A stretch of DNA of 64,000 nt, taken from NCBI GenBank assembly GCA_965199495.1, contig CBDASK010000003.1, positions 1,024,001-1,088,000 on the forward strand. Reading direction: 5' to 3'. The notes under the pieces were generated by a model. The model was not told where the DNA came from, searched no databases, and saw nothing but the letters and a program-made list of their open reading frames with translations. Origin of the DNA: Abditibacterium sp. (GTDB lineage: Bacteria > Armatimonadota > Abditibacteriia > Abditibacteriales > Abditibacteriaceae). Numbering within the stretch: the first letter of the stretch is position 1; each line of letters opens with the position of its first letter. Shown in pieces: positions 50,384 to 60,582 of this stretch. A program made the position numbers and the translations under genes.

Positions 50384-52843
50384 TTACCGGCTGTGTTTGG
50401 TGCCGACCGACAAACCGATGAGCGCGCTGGTATTGCCGTTGGAAAAGCGTGACAGCGAGCCGACTAAATCCACGTTATCGCTGACGCGGCGATAGGCGCG
50501 AAGCGCAAATTCGGCGGGCGGACGGGCCGCGTTATCGGACGAACCGACGTAGGCCGCTTCGAGATAAACATCGAGGCCAGTGCGCGCATAAAAACCGGGA
50601 AACGATAGGCCCGCGCTCGACAGATTGCGCCCGTAGGTATCGCGCCCGACTTCGCCATAAAAATCCACGCCGCTTTTGCCCAACGGCACGGCGCCATCGA
50701 GCGATAAGCCCAGTTGGTTGGAACGATCCAAATCGAAATACTTGATCGCGTTCAAGCCGATATTGGCTTTTTTCTGTATCGAGTAGCGCGCCAAAAATCC
50801 CTGCTGCAAACCGCCCACGCGAAACGGCAAATTGCGCGGATAAGCATCCACCAAGTAAGCCAAATCCAAACGTTGCGCGCGCGAGGCGCCCAGCGTTTTC
50901 GAGACGCGCACGGCGTCCATCGTTTCGCGCCCGCCCTGACGCACGAGCGAACCGTAAAGCGTGGCTTGCGTCGGGCCGCTCAAAAAGCGTTGGCGCCCGG
51001 CCTGCACTTCGATTGCGGGCGTGCGATAGGTCAGCGACAAATCCGAAATCGCCGACAAATCGAAGTTTTGTCCGCCCGCCCGTGCCTTGAGCGGTTGAAC
51101 GGCACCATCGAGCAGAAAGTTGCCGCGCGCCACGTAGCCACGGATGCGCGCCCCGTAGGCATAGTTGCCGCCGTCGCCCAGAACGCCGATGGCACGCGCA
51201 TCAAAGCCCGACGATTTTCCGCCCGCACCGGAAAGTTCGTCCAAACGTTCCTGCGCGCGCGTCGAATCGAAACCGAGTTCGTTGGTCGCTTTGTTCACGT
51301 CAAGCGCATCTTCGCCGCCCTTCGCGGAGGGAACCGGCGGTAACTGCACCAGAAGTGCACGATTGGAAAGGCTTTCGGTCTGAGTGCGCTTGCCCAACGG
51401 CGCCGAAAACGTGAAACGTCCGCCGAGTTGCCCCGCGATAGATGAAGTCAGAGTTGATGAACCGGCGACGGAAGAGGCAACGCTGGCCGATGGCGAATTG
51501 TGAGCGAGAACGCGATCATTCTTGCCGTCATCTTTGCCTTTGTCGTCTTTGGGCGGCTTGGGGTCTTTGCCATCATCTTTAGGTGGCTTGGGGTCTTTGC
51601 CATCGTCCTTTGGTGGCTTTTCAGGTGTTGGCGGCTGGGTCGGCGGTGTGGGATCCGGCGGCGGGGTTGGGTTCGTGGGCGGAGTCGGTTCTGTTGGGCC
51701 ACCCGAAGTTGGCGGCACCGGTTGAGGCGTTGGATTTGTCGGCGTTACCGGATCAGGAGTTGGAGGGTTCGTTGGCTGTGTCGGCGTAATTGGCGGAGTT
51801 GTCGGAACAACCGGCGGTGGATTTGGTTGTTCTGGCGAAGTTGGCGTTGGCGGTTGTTCGGGAGTTGGCGATGGCAGAGTCGTCGGTGGCTCCGGCGTGG
51901 CTGGTGTTGTCGGCGTCGGTTCCGGCGTCGGTTGTTCCGGTGTCGGTTCTGGCGCCGGTGTCGGTTCTGGCGTCGGTTGCGGTTCCGGCGTCGGTTCTGG
52001 CGCCGGTTGCGGTTCTGGCGTCGGCGAAGTTGTTGGCGTCGGTTGCGGTTCTGGCGTCGGCGAAGTTGTTGGCGCGGGCACAGTTGGCGGGCTGATGGGA
52101 GGCGCGGCATTCGGTTGAGCCGGATTGAAGCCGCGCGTTTGCGTGATGCTTTTCGATTGCGCGACGGTTTCGCGTTGCACCACGCGCGCGGGCGAGTTTT
52201 TTACTTCGACATCGGCGAGGGAACCGGCGAAGGCGCCGGTTTTCGGTTCGCTCAACAATTCGATGGGCGAACCGGCCTGCGCGAAGAAAATCGGCGCGGC
52301 GGTGCGAAGTCCCGACAGCGTGCCGTCGGGACGCGCGAAAACTTCCGTTCCCGGCTTCAATTCCTGACGGTTGCCCGTTGTCGTCACGATTTCGGTGGCG
52401 CCTTCGTAAAGCGTGAAAGTTGTGCCTTCGTCGGTCACAGCGATGTTGACGATGGTGCCTTTAATTTCGGCGGCAGCGTAGCTCGTACCGATTTTGCCCG
52501 GACTGAGCCACGAAATCAGCGCTTGACCGCTCCCGACCTGCACGTTGCGCGGGCCGCGCACTTCGATACTCGACAGTTGCCCCAGACGCACCAGAGAACC
52601 GTCGCTAAATTTCACGTCGGCTTTGGAGCGGCGACCAGTGCGCACGACGGAGCCACGCCCAACCGATGCGCCCTGCGCAATCGCGCGAAACGCGCCGCCA
52701 GCGCCCAGGCTGACCTCGACTTTCTGCTGGACTTTGGTCAACTTCGCCAACGGCGCCTGCGCTTGAACCGGGCGCATCAATACAGGGCACGCGGGCAAAG
52801 CGAGCGACAGCAAACTGCTGGCAACAACAAAACGAAATTTCAT
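50384..52843 (-). CDS. FecR-domain protein with Pro-rich linker and probable C-terminal beta-barrel
   Basis: Signal peptide; VRTGRRSKADVKFSDGSLVRLG...IKGT...LYEG; (PEPT)n; C-terminal amphipathic beta strands. Confidence 0.82.
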   Translation of the reverse strand: MKFRFVVASSLLSLALPACPVLMRPVQAQAPLAKLTKVQQKVEVSLGAGGAFRAIAQGASVGRGSVVRTGRRSKADVKFSDGSLVRLGQLSSIEVRGPRNVQVGSGQALISWLSPGKIGTSYAAAEIKGTIVNIAVTDEGTTFTLYEGATEIVTTTGNRQELKPGTEVFARPDGTLSGLRTAAPIFFAQAGSPIELLSEPKTGAFAGSLADVEVKNSPARVVQRETVAQSKSITQTRGFNPAQPNAAPPISPPTVPAPTTSPTPEPQPTPTTSPTPEPQPAPEPTPEPQPTPEPTPAPEPTPEQPTPEPTPTTPATPEPPTTLPSPTPEQPPTPTSPEQPNPPPVVPTTPPITPTQPTNPPTPDPVTPTNPTPQPVPPTSGGPTEPTPPTNPTPPPDPTPPTQPPTPEKPPKDDGKDPKPPKDDGKDPKPPKDDKGKDDGKNDRVLAHNSPSASVASSVAGSSTLTSSIAGQLGGRFTFSAPLGKRTQTESLSNRALLVQLPPVPSAKGGEDALDVNKATNELGFDSTRAQERLDELSGAGGKSSGFDARAIGVLGDGGNYAYGARIRGYVARGNFLLDGAVQPLKARAGGQNFDLSAISDLSLTYRTPAIEVQAGRQRFLSGPTQATLYGSLVRQGGRETMDAVRVSKTLGASRAQRLDLAYLVDAYPRNLPFRVGGLQQGFLARYSIQKKANIGLNAIKYFDLDRSNQLGLSLDGAVPLGKSGVDFYGEVGRDTYGRNLSSAGLSFPGFYARTGLDVYLEAAYVGSSDNAARPPAEFALRAYRRVSDNVDLVGSLSRFSNGNTSALIGLSVGTKHSR
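51536..52075 (-). repeat. Coding tandem repeats (PEPTP/PEPQP; 30-bp KPPKDDGKDP x3)
   Basis: Repeated GGTTCTGGCGTCGG and TCTTTGCCATC units. Confidence 0.88.
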
Positions 52844-52929
52844 AAGGCAACTCGATAAATCGCCTACGGGCGACTTGACATAGAGTTTGATTGTGAAAGA
52901 TTTTGGCCAAATTTCATCTGTAAAAATCG

Positions 52930-55371
52930 TTATTCGGCATCGAAAATCCGGCCTTTGCCGTGACTTCCATTGAGAGCGAACGGCGATTGAGGTGCGGGCA
53001 ACGAAAGCGGCACCGCGTTGCCGAGCGCGGGCGATTCGTCGGGCACACCGCTCGCGATTTCGACTTCGGCGCATTCGATTTGCGCGCGCGTTTGCGCGGC
53101 CCAGACGCGCGCGCGCGGCGCGCGGTGCGCGGCGCCGATGGCGATGAGAACTTCGACTTCTTCGCTCAAGCCTTTGATCGGCGTGCGCGCCGTCACGAAA
53201 CTGGCCACATCCGGCGCCGCCTCGCCCAGCGCGCGCGAACACATGACCCACGAACCGAACTCTTTGTTTTTGGCTTCCAATCGCGACGCCAAATTCACCG
53301 TGTCGCCGATAACGGTGTAGTTCATGTGCGCGGCGTTGCCATTGCTCGCCTCGCTGCCGACGCTGCCCACGATGAGCGCGCCAGTGTGAAGTCCGATGCG
53401 CATCCGAAACGGAATGCCGGTGTCGTAGCGGAATCGGGCGCACTCTTCCTGCAAGGCCAGCGCGCACTGCAAAGCGCGGCGCGCATGATCGGCGCGCGGT
53501 AAAGGCACGCCGAAAAAGCACATCATCGCGTCGCCGATGAACTTGTCAATCGAACCGCCGTGCGCTACCACAATCGGCTTCAGGCGACTGAAAAACGCGT
53601 TGAGCGCCGCCACGACTTCTTCGGCCTCGTGCGCCTCGGAATAGGACGTGAAACCTTCGATGTCGGTGAACAAAACCGTGGCATCGGTGCGGCGCGGGCG
53701 CGGATACTGCGCTTCGGGATGCGCCAGAATTTCGTCTACCACGCGCGTATCCATATACAAACCCAACTGCGAAACGACCTTGCGCCGCTCGGCGCTTTCG
53801 AGCGTGAACAGCAGCATTAACATCAGCGCGCTCGCGGTTAAACCGGCACCGAGCGGGTAAGTCGCGGCCATCCACAAGCCTTCGACGCGAAATGCGAACG
53901 TGCAAATCCACCAGAACAACAGCAACGGAAGCGCCGCAAACGCGCTGTAAAGCCCGATCCAGACCGCGTCGTAGATGCGATTGCGCCGCCCGCCGCGTTG
54001 CCATCGGTTTTGAATCGCGCGCGCCCACAGCGAAACTTTGCCGCGCATTTTCTCGGCCCACAGCGCGCAACCCAGCGCCAAGCCAAACAACGAAACCCAA
54101 CTCAGCCACGCTTTTGGTGGCGTCAAAAACCTGTGGTCGAGCAGCATCGAAATCGCGTTGGCGTGAATTTCGACGCCCGGAATATCTGCTTTCATTTCGC
54201 GCGCGCGGCTGTAAAACGGCGGACACGGAAACACATCTTTGAGTAAAGGCGCCGTCGCCCCAACCAGCACGATGCGCCCGCCGAATTTGCGCTTTAATGT
54301 TTGTTCGTCGTAACTTTGCAACACATCGGCGAACGAAGAAGTCGCGAAAGTGCCGCCCGGCCCGGCCCAGTCAATCAACATATTATGCAAAAGCGGCGCA
54401 TTGGCGCCCGCGAACTGCATCGAACGCAACGGAATTTGTGTCGCGCCCGTCGCCGATCCGGTCGCCGTGGCTGCATTGGGCGCGGGCCAGACGCCGCGTT
54501 TTAGCGCGCTTTGATAACGCTCGTTGTTTTGCGTGCTGAGCAAACCTTGATAAATCGCGGCGCCGAGCGGAGCCACGCCGCCCAGAGTTTCGCCGTTGAC
54601 GTTGAGGGCAAACGGATAACGCCGAGAATGGCCGTCGGAATCGGCGGGCAAATAGGCCAATCCCAGATCGAGCGTTTGTTCATCCAAGCCATCGTTGCCG
54701 TTTGGGTCGGCGCCAAAGGGCGTCACCATTTGGTAAGTCAGCGCGCCGTTGGCGCCGGTTTCGGGCGTTAGCAGCGACGACAAAACCACGTTGCCCGCGT
54801 TTTTGGTCGCCGCGATGAGCGCGCGGTCGCCCGCAGAAAGCGCGCCGTTTTTGCCGGGGTTCTGGCGGTCGGAAAAATCGAAATCCAAGACGATGACGCG
54901 CGCGCCCGCTTTTTTCAGTTTGTTGACCATTTGCGCGTGCAGGTCGCGCGGCCACGGCCACTGGCCGATGCGCGTCAGCGAATTTTGATCAATGCCGACG
55001 ATGGCGATTTTGTCTGCCGACGCGGGCGCACGAATGCCGCGCGCGGTGAAACGCGCGTCGAGCAGATGCAGTTCGACGTTTTCCAGACCGTTGCGCCCGA
55101 CGAGCCAGCGCGTGGCCGCCCGCTCGCTGTTTTCGCGTTGTGCGCTGGCGCCTTGCAAGAAAAACCATAGATAAGGCGCCCACAAAAGCGCCGCCAAAAT
55201 CCCGATGAGTAACGCCGCGCGCCCGGTCGAATCGGTCGAAAACCGGCGCAATTTCCCGGCAACGCCCCACAATTGTCGGGAACGCGGCTCCGTTGCGCGC
55301 GCATCTAAAGCGGCGGGTTGAGGCGATTTGAGACGGGTGAAGGCGGACGGCATAACAAACGCGGCACTCAT
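52930..55371 (-). CDS. CHASE2-domain class III adenylate cyclase
   Basis: IGQWPWPR, DSDGHSRR, PGVEIHAN; LFTDIEGFT, DKFIGDA, RIGLHTG and YTVIGDTVNLASRLE. Confidence 0.95.
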   Translation of the reverse strand: MSAAFVMPSAFTRLKSPQPAALDARATEPRSRQLWGVAGKLRRFSTDSTGRAALLIGILAALLWAPYLWFFLQGASAQRENSERAATRWLVGRNGLENVELHLLDARFTARGIRAPASADKIAIVGIDQNSLTRIGQWPWPRDLHAQMVNKLKKAGARVIVLDFDFSDRQNPGKNGALSAGDRALIAATKNAGNVVLSSLLTPETGANGALTYQMVTPFGADPNGNDGLDEQTLDLGLAYLPADSDGHSRRYPFALNVNGETLGGVAPLGAAIYQGLLSTQNNERYQSALKRGVWPAPNAATATGSATGATQIPLRSMQFAGANAPLLHNMLIDWAGPGGTFATSSFADVLQSYDEQTLKRKFGGRIVLVGATAPLLKDVFPCPPFYSRAREMKADIPGVEIHANAISMLLDHRFLTPPKAWLSWVSLFGLALGCALWAEKMRGKVSLWARAIQNRWQRGGRRNRIYDAVWIGLYSAFAALPLLLFWWICTFAFRVEGLWMAATYPLGAGLTASALMLMLLFTLESAERRKVVSQLGLYMDTRVVDEILAHPEAQYPRPRRTDATVLFTDIEGFTSYSEAHEAEEVVAALNAFFSRLKPIVVAHGGSIDKFIGDAMMCFFGVPLPRADHARRALQCALALQEECARFRYDTGIPFRMRIGLHTGALIVGSVGSEASNGNAAHMNYTVIGDTVNLASRLEAKNKEFGSWVMCSRALGEAAPDVASFVTARTPIKGLSEEVEVLIAIGAAHRAPRARVWAAQTRAQIECAEVEIASGVPDESPALGNAVPLSLPAPQSPFALNGSHGKGRIFDAE

Positions 55372-55564
55372 TTGCGCCGCATAACTGGAACTTCAAGGTG
55401 CAATGAAACTGCTTTTCAAAAGCGGTGTAGCGCGCTTTGGCTGCGGAAGAATCTCATTCGATAGTCGGGTTTTGCCCCGTTAAGAATTGGTTTAGCGGCG
55501 TGCCCTGCGGCGAGCGAGAGCGCAAACTACACTCAGCCAACGAAAATTGGCGCCGTTAATTTCC

Positions 55565-56941
55565 ATGAAAAACCCGCTTTTGCTCAACGCGCGCGCCTCT
55601 CACGTCCCATCTTTGCGGCGTTTCATCGTGATTTGGTCGGGCGCCATTGGGTTCGCGTTTTTGCTGTTGGGAATGGATGCGGTTTTGACGTTGCGCCATC
55701 TCGACACCACCGCGCGCGACGCAATGAATCACGCCGCGCGCCTGCAACTGCTGCAAAATTTCGAGGTCTCGTCGCTCGAAGCCAATCGTCGTCCCGCCGC
55801 CAACTGGAGCCACGCCGACGACGAACTGCGCCAACTGCAAACGCAGGTCGCGCCCGCCGATTTCGCGCCCATAGAAACGGCTTATCGCGATTTAAAAACC
55901 GAATTTGCCGTGGCGGCGCCGTGGAGCGACGAGCGCCCGTTTCTCGATGCGCTGCGCTCTTATCGTCACGACGAGTTCACGCGCGCCGCCGCCGATAACG
56001 TTCGCAGCGCGCAATTGGAAAGTTTATCGCGCGGCGCGATTTTAGTGCTACTGGCGGTGGCGTTAGCCGGATTGATTGCGGGCAATATCGAGTTGTGGTC
56101 GCGTGTTTTTGGGCCGCTTTTGCGTATTTCGCGCGAGGCCAAACGCTTTGGTGAGGGCGAATTGGGCGCGCGCATCGAAATTGAGCGTGCCGACGAGATC
56201 GGCGAATTATGCGCGACATGGAACGACATGGCGGGCGCCATCGAAGCGCGCGAAGCCGAGCGTCTGCGTTTTGTCGCGGCCCTCGCGCACGACCTGAAAA
56301 ACCCGCTCATGGTCGTGGGCATGGCCGCCACGATGATGCGCGAAAAGCCGAACAAATTCACGCCCGACCAGCGCGACGATTGGTTGGAGAAAATCGCGCG
56401 CAACGCCCGCCGCATGGAAGCGATGATCGCCGATTTGACCAACGCCGTCCAATCGCAAACCGGCGCGCTGCAACTCCAACTCGCGCCGCTCGATTTGGCG
56501 CTCGTCGCCCGCGAATGCGCCGACGAAATTCGGTTGGCCTACCCCAATCATCCCATCGCCGTCTCTGGTGCGCAGTCACTCGAAATCAACGGCGACCGCG
56601 CCCGATTAGAACGCGTCATCGCCAATTTATTGTCCAACGCGGCCAAGTATTCGGCGCCGCAAACCGAGATTATCGCGGATTTAAAATCCGATAAAAACCG
56701 CGCGATTCTGTCGGTGCGCGATCAAGGCGCGGGCATTTCGCCCGAAGATTTGAAGCGATTATTTACGCCGTTCGTGCGATTGGAACGGACGGAAAAGATG
56801 GCGAGCGGCACCGGTTTGGGTTTGGCGACAACGAAAAAATTAATCGAAGCGCACGGCGGCGAATTAGAAGTCGAAAGCGCACTCGGCGTCGGCTCAACGT
56901 TTCGCGTAATTTTGCCGGTTGATAGCGCGAATAAAAATTAG
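55565..56941 (+). CDS. HAMP-domain sensor histidine kinase
   Basis: DEIGEL, AHDLKNPL, NLLSNAAKYS, DQGAGI and GTGLGL. Confidence 0.94.
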   Translation: MKNPLLLNARASHVPSLRRFIVIWSGAIGFAFLLLGMDAVLTLRHLDTTARDAMNHAARLQLLQNFEVSSLEANRRPAANWSHADDELRQLQTQVAPADFAPIETAYRDLKTEFAVAAPWSDERPFLDALRSYRHDEFTRAAADNVRSAQLESLSRGAILVLLAVALAGLIAGNIELWSRVFGPLLRISREAKRFGEGELGARIEIERADEIGELCATWNDMAGAIEAREAERLRFVAALAHDLKNPLMVVGMAATMMREKPNKFTPDQRDDWLEKIARNARRMEAMIADLTNAVQSQTGALQLQLAPLDLALVARECADEIRLAYPNHPIAVSGAQSLEINGDRARLERVIANLLSNAAKYSAPQTEIIADLKSDKNRAILSVRDQGAGISPEDLKRLFTPFVRLERTEKMASGTGLGLATTKKLIEAHGGELEVESALGVGSTFRVILPVDSANKN

Positions 56942-56980
56942 CAATTTGGCCAATTGCGGCGCGGCATTTATACTTTGGGC

Positions 56981-57547
56981 ATGAGAAACAATGAGCCGCG
57001 CGCCGAAATTTCCGAAGGCCGCCAACTGCTTTATTACGCGGGCATGGGCCTGACGGCAATTGGACTATTACTTTTCTTTTCGACGTTCCTGACCGTTTTT
57101 CGCAGCGGCCCATCGCTTGGCGATTCGCCTTTTGGCGGCTCGCCTGAATCAACCATCATCACCACATCGCCCGGTAGCGAAGCGTTCTTCCCAGAAGCGC
57201 ATCGTCCAGTTCGAGGCCCACAAACAACTTTTGGTCGCGCGTTTCTCGGTTTTGGCATGGTTTTCGTCGGCGGCATCCTGATGAATCTGGGCCGCGCCGG
57301 TTTGCGCGGTTCGGGCGTCATTCTCGACCCACACGGCGCGCGTGACGATCTCAAGCCGTGGAGTCAAGCGGCGGGCGGAATGCTCGACGATGCGCTGTGC
57401 AGTAGCCACGTCGTGAGCCGCGCCGTCGAACGCATCGGCGATGATGACGACAAACCGCGCGAAATTGTGCGCGTGCGTTGTCCCGATTGCCGCACGCTCA
57501 ACGACGAAGACGCCAAGTTTTGCGACAACTGCGGCGCGGCACTTTAA
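56981..57547 (+). CDS. Membrane protein with C-terminal zinc ribbon
   Basis: Two TM; CPDCRTLNDEDAKFCDNCG. Confidence 0.85.
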   Translation: MRNNEPRAEISEGRQLLYYAGMGLTAIGLLLFFSTFLTVFRSGPSLGDSPFGGSPESTIITTSPGSEAFFPEAHRPVRGPQTTFGRAFLGFGMVFVGGILMNLGRAGLRGSGVILDPHGARDDLKPWSQAAGGMLDDALCSSHVVSRAVERIGDDDDKPREIVRVRCPDCRTLNDEDAKFCDNCGAAL

Positions 57548-57550
57548 TCA

Positions 57551-58086
57551 ATGCTTAGCCGCGATTTAATCGAGCGCCACGCCCGCCAAACCAACGAACA
57601 GATGGCGCGCATTAACGCGACTGTCGCGCGCCGCGATAAAAGCCAACAAGATTGGCAGAACTGGAAGGATGCCTGTCACGTTTGGCACACTTCGGAGAAC
57701 GCATCTTTTGCTTTGTGGCCGCTCGAAGCGCGCGACAAAATGCGCGCGGGCGACCGCGAAACTATCGAAGACGCTTTGCTGTTTCTGGAAGTTGATCCGT
57801 GGTTTTTCGTTCGGGTTATCTCAAAGAACGCGTGATTCGCCATCTGAAAAGTGCGCCCCTCTCCGAAGCCGACAAAGGCCGTTTGCGCAACGTCATTTTT
57901 GCTGTCGCAATGAGGCGTAACCGTCGCGAATGGAGCGATTTTTGTCGCTTGGCCCTCGCCGTTTGGACGCCCGAATGGGAAAGTTATCTGCGCGAACAAA
58001 AACGGGTGCGCGGCGTGGGTCACGGCAACAAACTTTTCAATTTGCTCCAATTCCTTGAGGCTCACCGTGATAAATTGCGCGTTTAA
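57551..58086 (+). pseudogene. Hypothetical gene split by a 1-nt frameshift in a T run
   Basis: ...LEVDPWF in one frame continues as FRSGYLKE... in another across T5 at 57803-57807. Confidence 0.7.
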
Positions 58087-60524
58087 CCCAACTTCACCAC
58101 GGTCGCGCCGTCGCCGCCTTCGGCGGCATCAGCCACGGCGTAGCCTTTGACACCGCGCGCGGTTTTCAACCATTGATGAATGGCGTTGCGTAGTGCGCCC
58201 GTTCCGCGTCCGTGAACGATGCGCACCGACTTTTTGCCCGCCAGAATCGCGTCGTCCAAATACGGTTCCAATTCCTCGAACGCCTCGTCCACGCGTTTGC
58301 CGATGACGTTGATTTCCTCTTCGACAACATAACCTTTGCGCGCCTGAATCGAACCGATGCCGCCGACGCCGACCATTTTCTTGGCGGCGTCCAAATCGTT
58401 GGCGGCGACGGCGATTTTCATGGCGCCGACGCGGACTTCGATTTTCTCGCCGTTTAAGCCGACGATTTCGCCTTCTTTGCCCACGCTTTTCACGTTGACC
58501 AAATCGCCGATTTTGTATTGATGCGCCGGTTTCGGTCGGGCGCGCAATCTTCCGCGCACAATCGAAGGATGCGGCGCGGGCGCTTCGATGGCCGGACGTG
58601 GCTGCGTCTCGGCGCCCTCGAATTTGACGACGGTTTCGCGTAGGCCGCGCAATTTGCCGCGCGCGGCTTCGGTGCCTTTGTTTTCGCCGCCCGCGCTTCC
58701 GGCTTTGCGCAGTTCGCGCAACGCTTCGTCGGCTTCGCGCGCGGCGCGCTCGACCAATTCGCGCGCTTCCTGTTTAGCGGCGGCGATAGATTTTTCTTTC
58801 TCGCGCTCGACGATTGCAATGCGCCGCTCGTAATCGCGCTCCAAATCTTCGACGCGCGCGCGGGCTTCGCGCATTTCGGCGGCTTGCTGGGTCAAATCGC
58901 GCTGGGTTTCTTCCAGGCGCTGCGCCGCTGCTTCGTTTTCGACGCGCTCGCGGCCCATGTATTTGCGCGAACGCTGAATAATATCGGCGGGCATTCCTAA
59001 ACGCGCCGCGATGTCCAGAGCGTTGGAAGCGCCCGGCACGCCGATGCGCAAATGATAAGTCGGCCCCAGCGAAATCGGATCGAATTCGACCGACGCGTTC
59101 TCAAAGCGCAACGCCGACAACGCGAATTGTTTCAGTTCGCCATAATGCGTCGTCGCCACGACGCGCGCGCCTTTGCGCGAGAGCGCCCGCAATGTCGCTT
59201 TGGCGAGCGCGGCGCCTTCGTCGGGATCGGTTCCGGCGCCGATTTCGTCGAACAAAACCAAATCGCCCATTTTCACCGTTTCCAAAATCGCGATGATATT
59301 TTTCAAATGCCCCGAAAACGTCGAAAGCGATTGTTCGATGGATTGTTCGTCGCCGATGTCAACATGAATTTGCGGCGGCAGATGCAGCCACGAATCGTCG
59401 TCAACCGGCAAATGCAAACCGCAACCGGCCATCGCGGTGAGAAGTCCCAGCGTTTTCAAAACGATGGTTTTGCCGCCGGTGTTTGGCCCGGTCAGCATCA
59501 TCACGTCGAAATCGCCGCGCTCGGTGATGGCACTCTCATCGCCAATTTGAATATCATTAGGCACGCAATCACCAACGAGCGGATGCCGCGCTCGATGCAA
59601 TTTCCAACCAGTCACCTCGTCGCGCAAAAGCGGCGCGCGCCCGTTCATTTGCGCCGACAATCGCGCTTTGGCAAACGCGAAGTCCAAATCACCAGCCACG
59701 TCGAGAGCCTCGCGCAAATCGGGCGCGGCGCCACCGACGTAATCCGACAAACTGCGCAAAACCTGTTGCACCGCTTCTTTTTCGTCGGCGGCCAACTCGC
59801 GCAGACGATTATTGAGTTCGACGACCGCTTGCGGCTCGATGAAAACCGCGTTGCCCGAACCGCTACGGTCGTGAACGATGCCCGGCACCGACGCGCGACT
59901 TTCGGCTTTGACCGGCAAACAATAACGCCCGTCGCGCACCGTCACGAACTGATCTTGCAAATGTCCCGACAAACGCGAATCGCCCAGCATCGCGCGCAAT
60001 TTGGTCTGGATTTGCGATTGCGCCGCGCGCATCCCGCGCCGCGCTTTGAGTAAGTCGAGCGAAGCGTCATCGCGGATTCCGGCGTTGTCGTCAATCGCGT
60101 CGTAAATCGTTTTTTCGACATCGCTACGCGGAACGATCCGTTCGGCCAAATCCAATAATCGCGGAAAACGCGCGTCGAGTTCCGGTTCAATATCCAAAAT
60201 CGCCACGCGCAAACGGCGCGCGCCTTCGCTGGCGCGGCCAATCGCCAACAGCGCCGATTCGTCCAACAGCGCGCCTTTGCCCGCCGCTTGAACCGCAGCA
60301 GCCACGTCGGTCAGCCCGCCAAACGGCGGATGGCGCACGATCTGGGTAAATTCGCGCGCCTCGCTCGTCAAAGCCATACGCGCGCGCGCGATTCCGTTAT
60401 CGTTGGTCGGCGCGAGTTCGCGCACGCGCGCGCGACCCAATTCGCAGGCGCAGGCATTTTCGAGTTGCGATAAAACGGTGGGTAATTCGAGACGGTCGAG
60501 CGAACGTTTTTGATAAGACGACAT
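58083..60524 (-). CDS. mutS2: MutS2 endonuclease (Smr domain)
   Basis: TGPNTGGKT, DIGDEQSIEQSLSTFSGH, DEIGAGTDP, TTHY and IVHGRGTGALR. Confidence 0.96.
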   Translation of the reverse strand: MSSYQKRSLDRLELPTVLSQLENACACELGRARVRELAPTNDNGIARARMALTSEAREFTQIVRHPPFGGLTDVAAAVQAAGKGALLDESALLAIGRASEGARRLRVAILDIEPELDARFPRLLDLAERIVPRSDVEKTIYDAIDDNAGIRDDASLDLLKARRGMRAAQSQIQTKLRAMLGDSRLSGHLQDQFVTVRDGRYCLPVKAESRASVPGIVHDRSGSGNAVFIEPQAVVELNNRLRELAADEKEAVQQVLRSLSDYVGGAAPDLREALDVAGDLDFAFAKARLSAQMNGRAPLLRDEVTGWKLHRARHPLVGDCVPNDIQIGDESAITERGDFDVMMLTGPNTGGKTIVLKTLGLLTAMAGCGLHLPVDDDSWLHLPPQIHVDIGDEQSIEQSLSTFSGHLKNIIAILETVKMGDLVLFDEIGAGTDPDEGAALAKATLRALSRKGARVVATTHYGELKQFALSALRFENASVEFDPISLGPTYHLRIGVPGASNALDIAARLGMPADIIQRSRKYMGRERVENEAAAQRLEETQRDLTQQAAEMREARARVEDLERDYERRIAIVEREKEKSIAAAKQEARELVERAAREADEALRELRKAGSAGGENKGTEAARGKLRGLRETVVKFEGAETQPRPAIEAPAPHPSIVRGRLRARPKPAHQYKIGDLVNVKSVGKEGEIVGLNGEKIEVRVGAMKIAVAANDLDAAKKMVGVGGIGSIQARKGYVVEEEINVIGKRVDEAFEELEPYLDDAILAGKKSVRIVHGRGTGALRNAIHQWLKTARGVKGYAVADAAEGGDGATVVKLG

Positions 60525-60582
60525 AAAAAATCTGTTTACAGACGGAACAAAAGGAAATGCGTTGCGGTCAAAGGCGGCACCA

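Noticed and set aside
51500..52858. 452-aa Arg/Trp-rich plus-strand ORF
   Set aside because: It is the antisense shadow of the proline-rich repeats.
52844..53521. N-terminal extension of the 1045-aa ORF
   Set aside because: It overlaps the cyclase gene out of frame; the signal peptide begins at MKFRFVV (52843).
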